64,000 bases of DNA from NCBI GenBank assembly GCA_003427395.1, contig BFEA01000001.1, positions 6,711,221 through 6,775,220 on the forward strand, written 5' to 3'. A program made the translations under genes and the position numbers. Below are positions 63,922 through 64,000 of the stretch, one piece after another. Position 1 is the stretch's first letter, and every line of letters starts with the position of its first letter. Source of the stretch: Chara braunii. Its lineage: Eukaryota; Plantae; Charophyceae. The notes under the pieces are model-generated. The model saw only the letters and a program-made list of their open reading frames with translations, had not been told where the DNA came from and ran no database searches.

Positions 63922-64000
<79 letters not shown>
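63922..64000. repeat. (GA)n microsatellite
   Basis: Directly visible. Confidence 0.97.

Larger units (their letters stand above)
40890..63922 (+). mobile_element. PIF/Harbinger DNA transposon (host of the LINE nest; right end not in window)
   Basis: TTA followed by gggtctcgttcgac (Harbinger-like left end) interrupts the LINE D motif; transposase at 62141-63920. Linking the left end to the transposase is inferred after removing LINE B at its TSD. Confidence 0.55.

Overview
Eukaryotic nuclear DNA from a draft assembly (several N gaps, abundant (AG)n/(AC)n). It is very likely a streptophyte: it carries a plant-type U6, a plant-mitochondrial trnQ fragment and an FBW2/SKIP1-like F-box gene. The repeat landscape suggests a charophyte such as Chara, but that is an inference. 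Only one intact host gene is evident: an intronless 1489-aa F-box/LRR ORF (28612-33081, minus). The rest is layered transposable-element debris. Left half: hAT-like elements with CTAG termini and 8-bp TSDs, Tc1/mariner-type elements with TA TSDs (one carries a U6 retro-pseudogene), Tourist-like MITEs, tRNA-derived SINEs, a decayed LINE and a probable DIRS-like relic. Right half (40.4-64 kb): one deep nest. A LINE 3' tail is interrupted by a PIF/Harbinger element, which holds full-length LINE B. LINE B holds full-length LINE A in antisense, and LINE A holds a 6.9-kb TG..CA solo-LTR-like insert. The Harbinger transposase also carries a mitochondrial insertion. Most interesting observations: (1) two independent antisense insertions of this LINE family just downstream of its own conserved 3' stem-loop; (2) an array of about 11 covarying hairpins with a conserved UAAGUU loop inside the solo LTR; (3) a conserved, possibly Nudix-fold domain at the ORF1 C-terminus; (4) a hammerhead-ribozyme-like core upstream of the F-box gene.
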